Shown: piece by piece, positions 1-7,641 of the stretch | Numbering within the stretch: the first letter of the stretch is position 1 | Layout: every line of letters begins with the position of its first letter | Source of the DNA: a virus | Lineage: Duplodnaviria; Caudoviricetes | IMG/VR virus record: IMGVR_UViG_3300031152_000006 | Span: 1-24,216 of that record | Reading direction: 5' to 3' (one strand) | Length of the DNA: 24,216 nucleotides | Program-made: the position numbers and the translations under genes | The notes under the pieces: model-generated | The model's input: the letters and a program-made list of their open reading frames with translations, nothing else | Told to the model about the DNA's origin: nothing | Database searches by the model: none

Positions 1-210
1 GCCGGCTACAACCGCGCCGGCTACAACCGCGCCGGCTATGACTGCGACGGCTATGACCGCGACGGCTATGACCGCGCCGGCTATGACCGCGCCGGCTACA
101 ACCGCGCCGGCTACAACCGCGCCGGCTACAACCGCGCCGGCTATGACTGCGACGGCTATGACCGCGCCGGCTATGACTGCGACGGCTATGACCGCGCCGG
201 CTATGACTGC
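1..210 (+). repeat. 15-bp tandem repeat, 14 units visible, consensus G(C/A)CGGCTA(CA/TG)AC(C/T)GC
   Basis: Exact 15-nt periodicity from 1 to 210 with no spacers; it probably continues upstream of the window. Confidence 0.97.
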
Positions 211-234
211 GACTGGGTGCACAAAGACGAGTAA
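1..234 (+). CDS. 3' end of a GYD/GYN pentapeptide-repeat protein (5'-truncated)
   Basis: Frame 1 is open from base 1: AGYNR-AGYNR-AGYDC-DGYDR-DGYDR-...-AGYDC-DWVHKDE, TAA at 232-234. The TAC/TAT variation between units is synonymous (Tyr) only in this frame, which favours it over the track's frame-2 MTATA ORF. Confidence 0.75.
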   Translation, partial: AGYNRAGYNRAGYDCDGYDRDGYDRAGYDRAGYNRAGYNRAGYNRAGYDCDGYDRAGYDCDGYDRAGYDCDWVHKDE

Positions 235-334
235 GAACGCTGTCACGCGAGCGGGCAGACGAGTCGGCTGGATACCGGCAGGTCGTAAGACCCAGAGTGA
301 GTTTCTTGAACCGTAACTTCAGGAGAATTCCGAC

Positions 335-1108
335 ATGAACAAACAAAGCTCTCAGGTCCCCAGCTCGCTGGCGGCTTTTATCGAGAATCAAGAAGCCGAA
401 CACCTAGCCGCTGCGGGCGGCAGACTGGCATCTGCGCTAGACGACATCATGGCCGTGGCGGCCATTTGCCGCGACGCCTTGATCGGCAGAACCGCCTTTC
501 CAGCGTTTGGCTTGCGAAATTTGCCGGCCCAGACAACACCCATCGTTGTCGAGTTCAATAATTCCGTCGTATCGGAATTCGGCGCGCCGTTGGAGTCAGA
601 GGCCGCCGTGCGCGTAGCAAAGTCTGCCGCTTGCACTCGCCCAGCAGCTTGGGAAATAGGGTTGTCCGTGGCCTTGTGCAACGCCTACGCTTGCTGCGCT
701 CTGCTCAGACACGGTAGCTTCGATCCGCGCGATCACGAACGTAGCCGCGTGGCAGAATTCGCCTACGTCGGCGCGCCGAACGACGCAGCGCTAGCAGCCC
801 AGATCCACGATACGACGAGAAGGCGTATGCTGCGCGCGAGGGCCCATTACTTGGCGGCGTGGGTAGTAGCCAATCCCGAGGCTTCTTTGGCCGCAAAAAT
901 AGCTGCCGGCGATTCGTTCAGTCGCGGCTACGCGGAAGAGGTAGCGCGCCAGCTGCCTTCGCCGAAGAGTCTGACGCGGGCTACGGTCGCTCGGGCCCGT
1001 CAGGAAGCCGGCGTGAGCGTTGCTACCTTGGTCGCTCCGCAAAGAGGCGAAAACGTTAAATCATACCGAGACGGGCAGGACGCTGCTCGCAAATTGGAAT
1101 TAAGATAG
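335..1108 (+). CDS. Hypothetical protein resembling the C-terminal domain of DUF2786-family proteins (DUF7168-like)
   Basis: AGGAG RBS at 321-325. Recalled family pattern: WE..L...lc.ay.C, F.yvG...d..lA, RARAHYL, DSF.RG, Y.DG..AA..L.L at the C-terminus. Confidence 0.55.
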   Translation: MNKQSSQVPSSLAAFIENQEAEHLAAAGGRLASALDDIMAVAAICRDALIGRTAFPAFGLRNLPAQTTPIVVEFNNSVVSEFGAPLESEAAVRVAKSAACTRPAAWEIGLSVALCNAYACCALLRHGSFDPRDHERSRVAEFAYVGAPNDAALAAQIHDTTRRRMLRARAHYLAAWVVANPEASLAAKIAAGDSFSRGYAEEVARQLPSPKSLTRATVARARQEAGVSVATLVAPQRGENVKSYRDGQDAARKLELR

Positions 1109-1140
1109 GGCTTCTGGTTCAACGCCAACAGGAGTTACAA

Positions 1141-1371
1141 ATGAGCGCCGACAACAGACTGCTTCTTGAAAAGACCGTAGCTGCGCTGCGGGCCCACGAC
1201 GTTGCGCAGCGCGCGCGCATCGCCAGTCTAGAAGAGCTGGCAGCTCATCAAGCCGATTTTCTGGAGCACTTGGCGCATTTCTTTCTCGAAGACGACTGCA
1301 AGGGTGTCCACGACAAGATCCAAGCTCAGCTGGCCAAGTATGTGATCGTCGTCAAGGGAGGGTTGCTGTGA
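1141..1371 (+). CDS. Hypothetical coiled-coil protein
   Basis: AGGAG RBS upstream of ATG; stop overlaps next start (GTGA). Confidence 0.7.
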   Translation: MSADNRLLLEKTVAALRAHDVAQRARIASLEELAAHQADFLEHLAHFFLEDDCKGVHDKIQAQLAKYVIVVKGGLL

Positions 1372-1724
1372 ACTACGGAGACGCTCAATCGTTGGCGCAG
1401 ATTAGGAGCGAGCTTGCGGAATATCTGCGGCCCTTGCGCGTTGCTCTCCTATCCGGAAAGCAAGGGCCTGACGTTCCAACCGCGGTCGCTTGCGGGTACG
1501 TCTTCAAAGGCGTCCGCTTTTACAAAGCTCCTGGGCAAACAGGCTACGCCTGGCACCCATACTTCAAAGCTGAGTACCTGCCCGGCGAAGAAGGACGCTG
1601 GAACCCGGTACAGGGGCGGACTATTGACGACATAGCGTCTCAGATCTTCCATCGTCGAATCGCGCGCAAGGAAGACGGTAGTTGCGCCGCGGGTCTGGCG
1701 CCCCCTCAGATAGGTGTGAAATGA
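1368..1724 (+). CDS. Hypothetical protein
   Basis: GGAGG RBS; GTGA and ATGA overlaps with both neighbours. Confidence 0.7.
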   Translation: MNYGDAQSLAQIRSELAEYLRPLRVALLSGKQGPDVPTAVACGYVFKGVRFYKAPGQTGYAWHPYFKAEYLPGEEGRWNPVQGRTIDDIASQIFHRRIARKEDGSCAAGLAPPQIGVK

Positions 1725-1927
1725 CCAATCCTCTCCGGCCCTACACCGGCAAGTACAAGCCCCACATTGCGATGCGTAGCCGAGAAGGTCTGCCCGGGCA
1801 CTACGTGTGCACAGTGGGCCCGTTCTTCGGCTCTGCTAGTACGCCTTCGTTGGCGTACCGAGCTTGCTTTGAATGCGCAGTGGGCGCGGCCTTGGAAGCC
1901 CGTAAGAAGCTGCGCAAGCGCAGCTGA
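1721..1927 (+). CDS. Hypothetical protein (68 aa, MTNPLRPYTGKYKPHI...)
   Basis: ATGA overlap with the upstream stop places the start at 1721 rather than 1682. Confidence 0.65.
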   Translation: MTNPLRPYTGKYKPHIAMRSREGLPGHYVCTVGPFFGSASTPSLAYRACFECAVGAALEARKKLRKRS

Positions 1928-1990
1928 CGCTAGCCACCTGCTTTCGCGGCAGGTGAGCGGGGCCAGAATGACAACAAGTAGGAGGAAGAC

Positions 1991-2152
1991 ATTATCTTTG
2001 ACGTTCTTGAGATCACCGCGCGGCTAATAGCGGCCGTATCGATTATCGCCGTATTTGCCGCAGCGACAATCGCTGCCTGCGTCATTGCCCTGCTAGGCTT
2101 CGTAGTCTTGCAGGCCGTTAATATCACCAAAAGGCTATTGCGCCTTTTGTAA
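1991..2152 (+). CDS. Small membrane protein (53 aa) with probable non-canonical ATT/ATC start
   Basis: AGGAGG at 1980-1985, then ATT ATC TTT GAC...; product IIFDVLEITARLIAAVSIIAVFAAATIAACVIALLGFVVLQAVNITKRLLRLL has a long hydrophobic stretch and a basic tail. An in-frame TAG at 1979 rules out an upstream start. The ORF fills the gap up to the next RBS. Confidence 0.5.
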   Translation: MIFDVLEITARLIAAVSIIAVFAAATIAACVIALLGFVVLQAVNITKRLLRLL

Positions 2153-2162
2153 GGGAGGTCCC

Positions 2163-2498
2163 ATGGGCCGAGTCAGAACCATCCGCTCAGACTCGTCTGA
2201 GCCGCGCACCTACGGATCTACGCGGGCCGGTAGCTTAGCGCGCGGCGTTTGCCAATTCCTGGACAATAACCGGCACGAAGTTCTCACTGTGAACGACGTC
2301 CTGATTAAGTTTGGCCTGCGCACCTCGGCAACCGGTAAGGAGGTTTGCGACGACGAGCGTAGCGCGTTACGCAAACTCACGAAGTTGTTGAACGTAGGTT
2401 GGCTCTCCTACGACGAATTGCTGGACGAGGAGGGCCGCCCCGCCTATGGGCCCGGGCCGCGTATTCTCGACATGTCAGTGCCGTCTTCTCGGGAGTAG
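2163..2498 (+). CDS. Putative winged-helix DNA-binding protein
   Basis: GGAGG RBS; helix pattern GSLARGVCQFLDNNRHEVLTVNDVLIKFG...LRKLTKLLNVGWL...AYGPGP resembles a wHTH. Confidence 0.5.
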   Translation: MGRVRTIRSDSSEPRTYGSTRAGSLARGVCQFLDNNRHEVLTVNDVLIKFGLRTSATGKEVCDDERSALRKLTKLLNVGWLSYDELLDEEGRPAYGPGPRILDMSVPSSRE

Positions 2499-2501
2499 TC
2501 A

Positions 2502-2867
2502 GTGATTGTCGGCAAGCACGTATTTACTATTCACGAGCCCGGCGCTGGACTGAATGATTCTAATCCCGGTTCGTGGATTCGACTGGCGTGTTTTGCAGGA
2601 GGCTACTACAATAACAGTTACAGTCGCAGATCTGTCTGGGCAGGGCTGGCCTGCGACTGGAACGGAGTCACTTACAGCGCCGGGGTTGTAACCGGCTATC
2701 CTGACGCCGCGCTGCACCCGTATTTTTCCCGTGGTTATCACGCCAACGGTCGGAGTATTTTGTTTATACCAAGAACGCGACGTAACGCACCAGCTGTTCA
2801 TTGCGCTTCGTACAAACATGTTTCGTTGCTGGAGTTTTTGTGTAACTTACTCAAGGAGTCATCATGA
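2502..2867 (+). CDS. Hypothetical protein
   Basis: GGGAG RBS, GTG start, ATGA overlap with the next gene. Confidence 0.55.
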   Translation: MIVGKHVFTIHEPGAGLNDSNPGSWIRLACFAGGYYNNSYSRRSVWAGLACDWNGVTYSAGVVTGYPDAALHPYFSRGYHANGRSILFIPRTRRNAPAVHCASYKHVSLLEFLCNLLKESS

Positions 2868-3355
2868 ACGACAGTTTGTCCGAAATACTGAAAAGCGCCC
2901 GCAAGTTGGTTCAGCTACTGGAGGGCCAGCGCAAGGCGGTCTTGGATAGCGGTTCTGCCGACTTGGAAGTTTGTTGGGCCCGCGCCATGACTGAGACGTG
3001 GCAGGCTATTCCTGAGTCAGTGCGTTTGCGTTCGACGGCTTGCAACGACCCGCTTGCCCCTACCGACACCGAGCGCCGCTTGCCCTGTGCGGTGCGTTTG
3101 CTCGCCGAAATGTCCTTGGTAGGGGGTGGGTTTGTGCGGGAAAAGGCCACCGGCGACGTGTACTTGGACTTGGGGGCAGTTTACGCACCCGACGAGCATT
3201 GGCAGGGACGCGCGGTGCGCATCTACGCGTCTGCGCTCAACGGACGCGCGGCTGAAGAGGGCTACCCCTTGGTGCTTCGTTGGAGCGAATTCAAGATTCG
3301 TTTTGCGCCCGTTTCCGAACCCTTCCGGCCCGTTGACACTATCAAAGGAGTTTGA
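2864..3355 (+). CDS. Hypothetical protein; C-terminal half DUF1653-like
   Basis: AAGGAG RBS; VREKATGDVYLDLG...VRIYAS...LVLRWSEF..RFAPV echoes the DUF1653 pattern. Confidence 0.55.
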   Translation: MNDSLSEILKSARKLVQLLEGQRKAVLDSGSADLEVCWARAMTETWQAIPESVRLRSTACNDPLAPTDTERRLPCAVRLLAEMSLVGGGFVREKATGDVYLDLGAVYAPDEHWQGRAVRIYASALNGRAAEEGYPLVLRWSEFKIRFAPVSEPFRPVDTIKGV

Positions 3356-3357
3356 TC

Positions 3358-4278
3358 ATGCCCCTACCAGCCTCAGCCACCCACGTCGCCAAAGAGCCCA
3401 TGAAGGCGTCTGACCTGCGCGGCAACCTTGGTACGCTGACTTTCCCGGTCTTCGTCAGCCCCAAGATGGACGGCATCAGGGCCGTCACGTCGCGCGAGTG
3501 CGTGGTAAGCAAATCTCTCAGGCCCATACCTAACGTTCATGTGCAGCGTTGCTTGGCGAGCTACCACAAGGGCTTAGACGGCGAGCTGATTGTGGGGGAA
3601 CCCACAGACGATCCCTACCGCAGGTCTATGTCAGGCATCATGAGCATCGACGGCGAACCCAATTTCACGTTTTGGGTGTTCGACAATCAAGCGTGCCCGG
3701 GAGGATTCAACGAGAGGTTCGCCAGTCTGCGGGAGTTCACTTCGGGCAGACAACGTGGCTTCGTTCGCGTCGTACCTCACTACTTGGCCCGCAACATCAA
3801 GGAACTGGAGAACTACGAAGAGCGGTTCATCGGCGATGGCTACGAAGGCGCCATGCTGCGCAAGCCCTCGGGCCTCTACAAGCACGGCCGCTCCACCGTC
3901 AACGAGGGCTACCTGCTCAAGCTCAAGCGGTTCCAAGATGGGGAGGCCCGCATTTTTGCTTACTCGGCACTGGAGAAGAATAACAACGCAGTCAAGCAAG
4001 ATGCGTTCGGCCGCACGGAGCGAAGCAGCCACAAAGCCGGCAAGGAAACTCAGCAGGCACTCGGCTCTGTGACAGTCGTGGGTCTGCGCGGTTCTGACTA
4101 CGGCGGGGTAGAGTTCAATGTAGGCGCCGGCTTCAAGGAACGGGAACGCCTTGAGTTGTGGGAAGCGCGCGAATCGTTGCCAGGCCGGATAATCAAGTTC
4201 CGCTACTTCCCCACTGGCGCGAAAGACAAGCCGCGCTTTCCTACGTTCTTGGGTTTCCGCGCCGAAGGGGACATGTAA
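3358..4278 (+). CDS. ATP-dependent DNA ligase (minimal adenylation + OB type)
   Basis: Motif I SPKMDGIR (KxDG), III LDGEL, IIIa FWVFD, IV EGAMLR, V LLKLK, VI PRFP. AAGGAG ends 7 nt before ATG 3358. Confidence 0.95.
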   Translation: MPLPASATHVAKEPMKASDLRGNLGTLTFPVFVSPKMDGIRAVTSRECVVSKSLRPIPNVHVQRCLASYHKGLDGELIVGEPTDDPYRRSMSGIMSIDGEPNFTFWVFDNQACPGGFNERFASLREFTSGRQRGFVRVVPHYLARNIKELENYEERFIGDGYEGAMLRKPSGLYKHGRSTVNEGYLLKLKRFQDGEARIFAYSALEKNNNAVKQDAFGRTERSSHKAGKETQQALGSVTVVGLRGSDYGGVEFNVGAGFKERERLELWEARESLPGRIIKFRYFPTGAKDKPRFPTFLGFRAEGDM

Positions 4279-4595
4279 TGAAGTTCGCGTCTGGCAAGCA
4301 TCCGCGTTTCGTAGTTTCTGCAACGTCGTTCATGGCTCAGTCCATAGCTGCCGACTCTCTTATGGCTGGAGTTATCAAAAGACTTGAGACCAAGTTGGCG
4401 AACGACGGCTTGCTCAAGATCGCGGCGGGTCATGATTGGTCCGAGTGGGTGGTCGAGGCTAACCTGTCTCAATTGGAATTGAGTATGTTGGCGACTCGCC
4501 ATGAGCCGGTAAGCCAGTATTTGCCGCGACCCGCTTCGTCAGACAAGATAAGCATGTGCGTAGCTAACTCAGACGGTACTCCGAGGGAGAGTTGA
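4278..4595 (+). CDS. Hypothetical protein
   Basis: TAATG stop/start overlap with the ligase gene. Confidence 0.6.
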   Translation: MKFASGKHPRFVVSATSFMAQSIAADSLMAGVIKRLETKLANDGLLKIAAGHDWSEWVVEANLSQLELSMLATRHEPVSQYLPRPASSDKISMCVANSDGTPRES

Positions 4596-4598
4596 ATC

Positions 4599-4871
4599 AT
4601 GATCTCTACATTTTCTACAGAAAAGATGCGCTTTGACCCTACTGGCGGCTACGTTCAGAGGTTCTTGCGCTTGCCCAGCGTTCAGCAAATCGCAATAGTG
4701 CGCGCCGAAGTGGAGTGCGACAAGGCTTGGAGAGCGGCGTACGCGGCCAGGGCTCACGGCGCGGCCTCGTTGGGGGTGGCGGGAGCGCTCGATTTGGTTT
4801 ACTCGTTGGCCCAAGCCAAAGTGGTTCAGCTGCGTCGCGCCCTGGTCTGGAAAGGATTCAGGCAAGCGTAG
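4599..4871 (+). CDS. Hypothetical protein
   Basis: GGAGAG RBS, ATG 3 nt after the previous stop. Confidence 0.6.
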   Translation: MISTFSTEKMRFDPTGGYVQRFLRLPSVQQIAIVRAEVECDKAWRAAYAARAHGAASLGVAGALDLVYSLAQAKVVQLRRALVWKGFRQA

Positions 4872-4955
4872 GCTTGAACGAAATAGACGTTCAGACGTCA
4901 TTCGGCTAGAGTATTCGATTACTCTGTAAACTCTGTGGCTTAGTAAGGAACCAAG

Positions 4956-5468
4956 GTGCCCGTAACCACCAAACGCGTAGCCGCGAAAAATACCCCTGTG
5001 GGGGTGAAAACCGCTAAGAAGACCGTTGTCAAGACGGTTCCTGCGCCCGATCAGAAAGTTTCAGCCGTCAAACTTCCCAAGTCCTTGGCTGAGTGCGCAG
5101 ACCTCTTGTACAAGACTCGCGCCGAACGGCTTAAGCTGCAACAGGAAGCTGACAAGTTGGAGGCCACTGAGTCCGCTATCAAGCAGATGCTTATCAAGCA
5201 ACTTCCAAAGAAGAAAGCATCTAGCATTGGCGGAGTCGTAGCTATGGCGTCGTTGAACAAGAAGACGGTGCCCAGCGTCAAAGATTGGAGTGCTTTGTAC
5301 AAGTACATCGTCAAGACGTACCCCAAGGACCCCGGCGTGTTCTCTCTACTGGGCCGGTCCGTGGGTAAGGCCGCGGTAGAAGAGATTTGGAAGTCTGGCA
5401 AGGCAGTTCCCGGCGTGGAGGCGTTCGAAACCGTCACGGTCAGCTGCACCAAGCTCGGGGATTCGTGA
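4956..5468 (+). CDS. Phage replication-module coiled-coil protein with a Lys-rich N-terminal tail
   Basis: AAGGA RBS, GTG start. Coiled coil LAECADLLYKTRAERLKLQQEADKLEATE, then VPSVKDWSALYKYI...VPGVE, a pattern typical of proteins beside phage SSB/polymerase genes. Confidence 0.75.
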   Translation: MPVTTKRVAAKNTPVGVKTAKKTVVKTVPAPDQKVSAVKLPKSLAECADLLYKTRAERLKLQQEADKLEATESAIKQMLIKQLPKKKASSIGGVVAMASLNKKTVPSVKDWSALYKYIVKTYPKDPGVFSLLGRSVGKAAVEEIWKSGKAVPGVEAFETVTVSCTKLGDS

Positions 5469-5695
5469 TGGCCGCCCTTCGAGTGCTTCCCTACGCGGGG
5501 CCGTTTGACACAGTCAAAACAGAAGACCCAGTCATACGCAGAGCTTTGCCGGTTAGGTTGTTCTGCACCCACTTTGTTCGCGGCTGGCACATCCGCGTGG
5601 ACCATAGAACTGGGACGGGCAGCTTTGCGGACAAATTCGAAGGCACTGTGTGCTGCGCGTGCGGTGCCATCCTTCGTGAGCGCCAGATGCTGTGA
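5468..5695 (+). CDS. Small putative Zn-binding protein (CxH...CxxC)
   Basis: TGATG overlap with the upstream stop; LFCTH and VCCACG motifs. Confidence 0.6.
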   Translation: MAALRVLPYAGPFDTVKTEDPVIRRALPVRLFCTHFVRGWHIRVDHRTGTGSFADKFEGTVCCACGAILRERQML

Positions 5696-5748
5696 GCGAG
5701 CCCCTTATGACGTTCGAAGAGCTGAGGTGCCTCAAGGAGGATGGTCCG

Positions 5749-6384
5749 GTGAACGTCTTCATGCTGGACCACGATCCAGAATCGGCGGCCAAGGCTCACG
5801 TCGACAGACACGTGATCAAAATGATCGTGGAATCGGCGCAGCTCCTTTCGTCCGCCTGGCATTGCTTGTCTAACGACTATTGGGACCCACTGCCTGACGA
5901 CGAAGCAGACGACCCGCCAGAGACTATCACGCCTTGGGTTCGCCAAGTAGTGTACGCCCCTGGAAGGCCGCAGCCGCGCCTGAAGTCTGCTTCGGGCGAA
6001 GTCTTCTTCGCACATTGGGAGCTGTTTGGCCAACGTATTTACACCAAGACTCACGCCGACCACCCCGCCGCAACGTGGGTACGCTCGCTTGGAGGCAACT
6101 ACCGATGGTTGTGGCGGTTGGCAGTGGCCCTGTGCGACGAGTACAAGTACCGCTACGGTCGCGCTCACGCCACTCTCCCCGTCCTTTGGACCTTGGAAGC
6201 GCCCCCGCCCCCGCTGGTAGAGTCCTTGGAGTCTTGGACAGAAGTCCCGCCCGTCGTGCCGGAAGAATGCCGGGTGGAGCAGGGCGGCTACTACGACACC
6301 GTTGCCAGCTACAGAATGTACTACGCCGACAAGAAGCGGGACCTGCACGCTTGGACCAAGCGCGGCCCGCCCATTTGGTTGTAG
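5749..6384 (+). CDS. Pyrimidine-dimer DNA glycosylase / T4 endonuclease V (DenV)-like family protein
   Basis: Family N-terminus (M)NVFMLDHDP...AKAHVDRHVIKMIVESAQLL, plus YTKTHADHPAATW, EYKYRYGRAH and AWTKR..P.W. AAGGAGG at 5734-5740 lies 8 nt before GTG 5749, a better start than 5692. Confidence 0.8.
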   Translation: MNVFMLDHDPESAAKAHVDRHVIKMIVESAQLLSSAWHCLSNDYWDPLPDDEADDPPETITPWVRQVVYAPGRPQPRLKSASGEVFFAHWELFGQRIYTKTHADHPAATWVRSLGGNYRWLWRLAVALCDEYKYRYGRAHATLPVLWTLEAPPPPLVESLESWTEVPPVVPEECRVEQGGYYDTVASYRMYYADKKRDLHAWTKRGPPIWL

Positions 6385-6406
6385 CCCTCGCTTAAGGAGC
6401 AGACGC

Positions 6407-6604
6407 ATGTTTGACCTGTACTTGTATTTTCAGCTTGTTTGGCTTGGCGTAGTGCTGGGGTACTACGAACGGGCCTATTCGTTTTTGGTGGCTCACGGCC
6501 GGGCTACTTCCCAAGACGCCTTGGAAGTAGCTTGGAGTATTGTTCATGTGAAGGACGCGCGCCGTATGTGCAAGCGGCGTTTGCGCAATCGTCTGCACGT
6601 CTGA
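6407..6604 (+). CDS. Small hypothetical protein with hydrophobic N-terminus
   Basis: AAGGAG RBS at 6394-6399; MFDLYLYFQLVWLGVVLGYY... Confidence 0.6.
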   Translation: MFDLYLYFQLVWLGVVLGYYERAYSFLVAHGRATSQDALEVAWSIVHVKDARRMCKRRLRNRLHV

Positions 6605-6616
6605 TAGGAATCAACC

Positions 6617-7534
6617 ATGCCAGTTTCGTCTAAGAAAGTAGCGGCCAAGAAGGTCGCAACGAGCAAACCCGCCGGCAAGCCCGCGGCCAAGAAGGTGACA
6701 ACCACAGCTTTGGTGCCGTGGGCAGAGGAAATGAAGGCCAAGGCGAAGATCGCTGCAGAAGCAGAAAAGATCCAGCAACTGACCAAGAAGATCGGCACAC
6801 GCGGCGGCATCCTGACCGTGGATGACGAAGCTGTGGAGGGCAACGAGCTTTCGGCCGTGGTGCTGGTGGCTGTGCACGAAAACCAGTACTACAAGGAGCG
6901 ATTCGATCCGAAGAACCCGACCGTGCCCAACTGTTACTCGTTTGGCGACCCCGCTTCGGCTGATCCGGAGCCCGCGATGGCGCCGCACGACGAAGCGGAA
7001 GACAAGCAGGGCGACGACGACGGACTGTGCGCCAACTGCTGGGCTAACCAATGGAAGTCGGCCGACGAGGGCAACGGCAAGGCGTGCAAGAACATCCGCA
7101 GGCTCGCCCTGATCACTCCTGACGCGCTGGAGTCAGCGGAAGACTTGGAGTCCGCGGAAGTGCGTATGCTGAACGTGCCGGTCATGTCCACGCGCAACTG
7201 GTCCAAGTTCGTTCACAAGATGGCCGAGATGGAGCGCCCCTATTGGACCGTCGTGTGCAAGATCAAGTTGGTACCAGACGAAGCAAGCCAGTTTCGCATT
7301 GAATTCAGCTTCGATGAATTGATCAACTTCGATTCAGACACGTGGTTGGCTATGCAGTCTAAGATCACCGAAGTGTCCAAGTCCATAGTGGCGCCGTACC
7401 CCAAGCAAGCAGACCTGAACGCTGAACGGCCCGTGCGCCCCCAGGGCAGGCTGGCACAGAAGATGGCTCAAAGATCGGTTGTTGTCAAGAAAGCGGCAAA
7501 GACTCTGGGGGCGAAGAGCAACAAGAAGTTCTAA
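6617..7534 (+). CDS. Putative ssDNA-binding/annealing protein with Cys cluster
   Basis: PNCYS...CANCWANQWKS...GKACKNIRRLAL, a motif common in phage genes directly upstream of polA; AGGA RBS; Lys/Ala-rich tails. The function is inferred from context. Confidence 0.65.
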   Translation: MPVSSKKVAAKKVATSKPAGKPAAKKVTTTALVPWAEEMKAKAKIAAEAEKIQQLTKKIGTRGGILTVDDEAVEGNELSAVVLVAVHENQYYKERFDPKNPTVPNCYSFGDPASADPEPAMAPHDEAEDKQGDDDGLCANCWANQWKSADEGNGKACKNIRRLALITPDALESAEDLESAEVRMLNVPVMSTRNWSKFVHKMAEMERPYWTVVCKIKLVPDEASQFRIEFSFDELINFDSDTWLAMQSKITEVSKSIVAPYPKQADLNAERPVRPQGRLAQKMAQRSVVVKKAAKTLGAKSNKKF

Positions 7535-7540
7535 CAACTG

Positions 7541-7563
7541 GCCCGCTAAGTGCGGGCTTTCTT
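7541..7563 (+). terminator. Putative intrinsic terminator
   Basis: GCCCGC-taagt-GCGGGC followed by TTTCTT, starting 6 nt after the stop of 6617..7534. Confidence 0.65.
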
Positions 7564-7579
7564 CCGTAAAGGAGCCGAC

Positions 7580-7639
7580 ATGCCAAAAGAGACGTACATA
7601 TCAAGGCCAGGAGTCGTCCTGGCTACCGGTGCGGGGTAG
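7580..7639 (+). CDS. 19-aa mini-ORF upstream of the polymerase (MPKETYISRPGVVLATGAG)
   Basis: AAAGGAG at 7568-7574, ATG 7580, TAG 7637-7639, 2 nt before the polymerase GTG. Confidence 0.4.
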   Translation: MPKETYISRPGVVLATGAG

Positions 7640-7641
7640 CC

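Noticed and set aside
1-210. Possible CRISPR array or iteron origin
   Set aside because: The units are contiguous 15-mers with no unique spacers and keep an open coding frame.
255-292. Hammerhead ribozyme-like CAGACGAG followed by a stem
   Set aside because: The core differs from CUGANGA and no GAAA follows the stem.
38-316. ORF-track protein MTATAMTAPA... (frame 2 of the 15-bp repeat)
   Set aside because: It is an alternative frame of the repeat. Frame 1 keeps Gly-Tyr invariant through a synonymous change and gives a recognisable GYD repeat; frame 2 has no RBS.
5491-6408. Long minus-strand ORFs (also 3631-4323, 13538-14182, 14183-15061, 17220-18191, 23397-23858)
   Set aside because: They are antisense shadows of well-supported plus-strand genes in GC-rich DNA, with no recognisable motifs.
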